This document shows, piece after piece, positions 47,337 to 48,370 of a DNA stretch of 48,370 nucleotides. The position numbers and the translations under genes were made by a program. Below the pieces are notes generated by a model. It had not been told where the DNA came from. It did not search any database and saw only the letters and a program-made list of their open reading frames with translations. The first letter of the stretch is position 1; each line of letters opens with the position of its first letter. Source of the DNA: an uncultured virus (IMG/VR IMGVR_UViG_3300005239_000257) (Duplodnaviria > Heunggongvirae > Uroviricota > Caudoviricetes > Crassvirales); the IMG/VR virus record IMGVR_UViG_3300005239_000257; one strand, 5' to 3'.

Positions 47337-48008
47337 AATCAAGGTTACGGTGGCGGCTCTGCATCAAATTCTGGGAGTGCAGATGGTGCTAGTGGTGGTG
47401 GTGGTGGTGCGCAAGCAGTTGGTACTAATGGTGTTGGAACTGTTTATGGATCTGGTGGATCTGGATTAAATGTAAATATTATAAATAGCACAAACGCTAC
47501 AACCGCATCAGTTGGTCAGGTTAGTGGATCAAATGTTTATTATAGTGGTGGTGGAGGTGCTGGAGGATGGGATACATATGGTCAAACTCTTGGTTCTCCA
47601 GGATTAGGTGGTGGAGGTGCTGGTGGATTAGATTATGCTGGAACTGCTGGTACTCCTAATACTGGTGGTGGAGGTGGATCTGGAGATCAAGGTCCCGGAG
47701 CACCTCACGGTGGAGCTGGCGCAGGAGGTTTACGTACATCATTTGGAAGTTCATCTGGAGGAGGATCATCAGCAGAATCATCATTAAATATGTTTATAGC
47801 TTCAAATTATCTTGTTACAGTAGGGGCCGGAGGAACAACTGCTAGTTCTTATGGCGGTGCTGGTGGTTCTGGAGTAGTAATATTGCGTTATCCTAAAGCA
47901 TACACTGTTTCAGGTTTAACAGAAGCAACAGGATCACCATTTACAGAAGGAACAAGCAAAGTATCAGTATTTACAGCAGGAACAGGTAACATACAATTTA
48001 ACTTATAA
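47337..48008 (+). CDS. C-terminal fragment of another glycine-rich tail fibre variant
   Basis: Shares VNI.N.TNA.TASVG.VSGS.VYY and EATGSPFTEGT.KVSVFT.GTGNI with 17548-18855. Confidence 0.75.
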   Translation, partial: NQGYGGGSASNSGSADGASGGGGGAQAVGTNGVGTVYGSGGSGLNVNIINSTNATTASVGQVSGSNVYYSGGGGAGGWDTYGQTLGSPGLGGGGAGGLDYAGTAGTPNTGGGGGSGDQGPGAPHGGAGAGGLRTSFGSSSGGGSSAESSLNMFIASNYLVTVGAGGTTASSYGGAGGSGVVILRYPKAYTVSGLTEATGSPFTEGTSKVSVFTAGTGNIQFNL

Positions 48009-48009
48009 T

Positions 48010-48370
48010 ATGGCACATTACGCATTTTTAGACATGGCTAACGTAGTAACCGAAGTAATAGTAGGTAAAGACGAAGGCGATACAAATACAAACTGGGAAT
48101 TACAGTACCAAGATGTAAGAAAACAAGTTTGTAAAAGAACTTCTTATAATACACAAGGTGGTGTACACTCAGGTGGCGGTACTCCATATAGAAAAAACTA
48201 TGCAGGTATAGGATATACTTATGACTATGCTCGTGATGCATTTATTCCACCTAAGCCTTACAACAGTTGGACACTAGATGAAACAACATGTTTATGGAAA
48301 GCACCAGTTGAGTATCCAAGTGATGATAAAATGTACTCGTGGAATGAAGAAAATAAAGAGTGGGATTTAA
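48010..48370 (+). CDS. MAHYA-type fibre-associated protein, copy 3 (runs off window end)
   Basis: Highly similar to 20104-20475; no in-frame stop before the window end. Confidence 0.85.
   Translation, partial: MAHYAFLDMANVVTEVIVGKDEGDTNTNWELQYQDVRKQVCKRTSYNTQGGVHSGGGTPYRKNYAGIGYTYDYARDAFIPPKPYNSWTLDETTCLWKAPVEYPSDDKMYSWNEENKEWDL

Noticed and set aside
46455..48008. Apparent fusion of an internal virion protein to a Gly-rich fibre domain
   Set aside because: The join is across 50 Ns and composition changes abruptly; likely scaffold mis-join.

Overview
AT-rich, essentially single-strand (+) morphogenesis half of a tailed dsDNA phage genome, most likely a podovirus of Bacteroidetes/Flavobacteria (inferred from AT-rich initiation regions lacking Shine-Dalgarno sequences, TAATG gene overlaps and the style of the terminase/portal/capsid/ring/tail-stabilisation block). 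Order: small basic proteins, groEL-groES, a ~20 kb tail-fibre/receptor-binding island (Gly-rich, Ig-like, LamG and cupredoxin-like modules, with duplicated cassettes), holin-like genes and an M15 peptidase endolysin, a second GroES-like gene, terminase, portal, scaffold-like protein, a frameshifted major capsid protein, head-tail/tail proteins and probable ejection proteins. It is a gapped scaffold (N runs at 1359-2210, 17528-17547, 47287-47336), so some joins are probably artefactual. The most interesting signal is a hidden second layer marked by locally GC-rich synonymous codons. It comprises a 41-aa gene overprinted in the +1 frame of the scaffold gene, a 235-aa lipoprotein-like ORF overprinted in the +1 frame of terL, and long-range, partly mutually exclusive RNA helices inside the holin and groEL genes. 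A recurrent [S/T/N]-P-x-K peptide motif links many small and internal-virion candidate proteins. All family assignments come from motif recognition and gene context, not database searches.
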